Below are positions 63,381-64,000 of a stretch of DNA of 64,000 nucleotides, piece after piece. Position 1 is the stretch's first letter, and every line of letters starts with the position of its first letter. A program made the translations under genes and the position numbers. The stretch is from contig NC_045696.1 of the NCBI RefSeq assembly GCF_009834535.1, positions 79,176,001 to 79,240,000 on the forward strand, read 5' to 3'. The stretch is from Camelus ferus. Taxonomy: Eukaryota. Under the pieces are notes generated by a model. It was given only the letters and a program-made list of their open reading frames with translations. It did not search any database and was not told the origin of the DNA.

Positions 63381-64000
63381 TATCTGAGACTTTGAAGACT
63401 GTGAAGGCTATGAATCTGGGGTAAAAGGAGACATTTTTCTTCATCCCTTTTCTAATCTTTATTTATTTATTTACTTTTACCATACACATGTATTACTTTT
63501 TCAAACAAAATCTAGTTATGTTTTTAATGTGGGCCAGAAGTTAACTTTTCATATTTCTCTAAACTAACAAAATTTAATAACTCAAGAAAATCTTATCTTT
63601 GATGATTAACAGTCATCTTTTATATCATGAATAATCTCTCTGCTCCTTAAAGGGAGGTTAAGTATTCCCTACGTGTCTTTTTGGTTTTACTGTTTATATA
63701 AACTTTTCTAGCAAACATCAGTCTCAAACTGAGAGGTTTCTTTTTGAAGGGATAAAAATACAAGCCTTGGGATAACTAAAGAGGAGCACATAATAAAGAA
63801 TAATAACCCTACCCTATGTGGTAGAGAATTGAGGTTGAATGATGTAGCAAAACGTTTAAGAAACAATAAATTGAAAAGACAATGTAAGGAAAGTTTTCCA
63901 ATGTTAATAGAATGTTGTAAATGTATTAGAAGAAACATGAGAACTTCAGTGACTCTATAGTCAGGAGAAATCATTTTTTAAAGAAGTAAAGTATAATATA

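Noticed and set aside
1..64000. Remaining 60-120 aa ORFs in the six-frame track
   Set aside because: Length and composition expected by chance in AT-rich non-coding DNA; many start at TTG/GTG or lie within repeats

Overview
AT-rich, CpG-depleted mammalian genomic DNA. It is most likely camelid: it carries a tRNA-Ala-derived Vic-1-like SINE and artiodactyl-type L1 3' ends. No prokaryotic system, CRISPR array, RNA gene or recognisable intact cellular gene is present. The only long ORF (12926-13930) is a disabled LINE-1 ORF2 C-terminal fragment from a young, 5'-truncated L1. That L1 inserted at a TT/AAAA site inside an MLT1E-type MaLR LTR and has a 12-bp target-site duplication. Much of the rest is ancient eutherian repeats (MIR, L2, L1M, MER58B, MER63A, MER8, Charlie4a) and microsatellites. 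Repeat names come from recalled consensus sequences and their boundaries are approximate. Splice and poly(A) signals suggest the 3' end of an unidentified minus-strand gene at about 29-32 kb, with possible alternative last exons and long introns running to the right. A perfect 18-bp inverted repeat brackets the splice acceptor of the distal last exon. Two good CTCF-like motifs are also seen. I could not support a novel biological system; the exon/inverted-repeat arrangement is the best lead.
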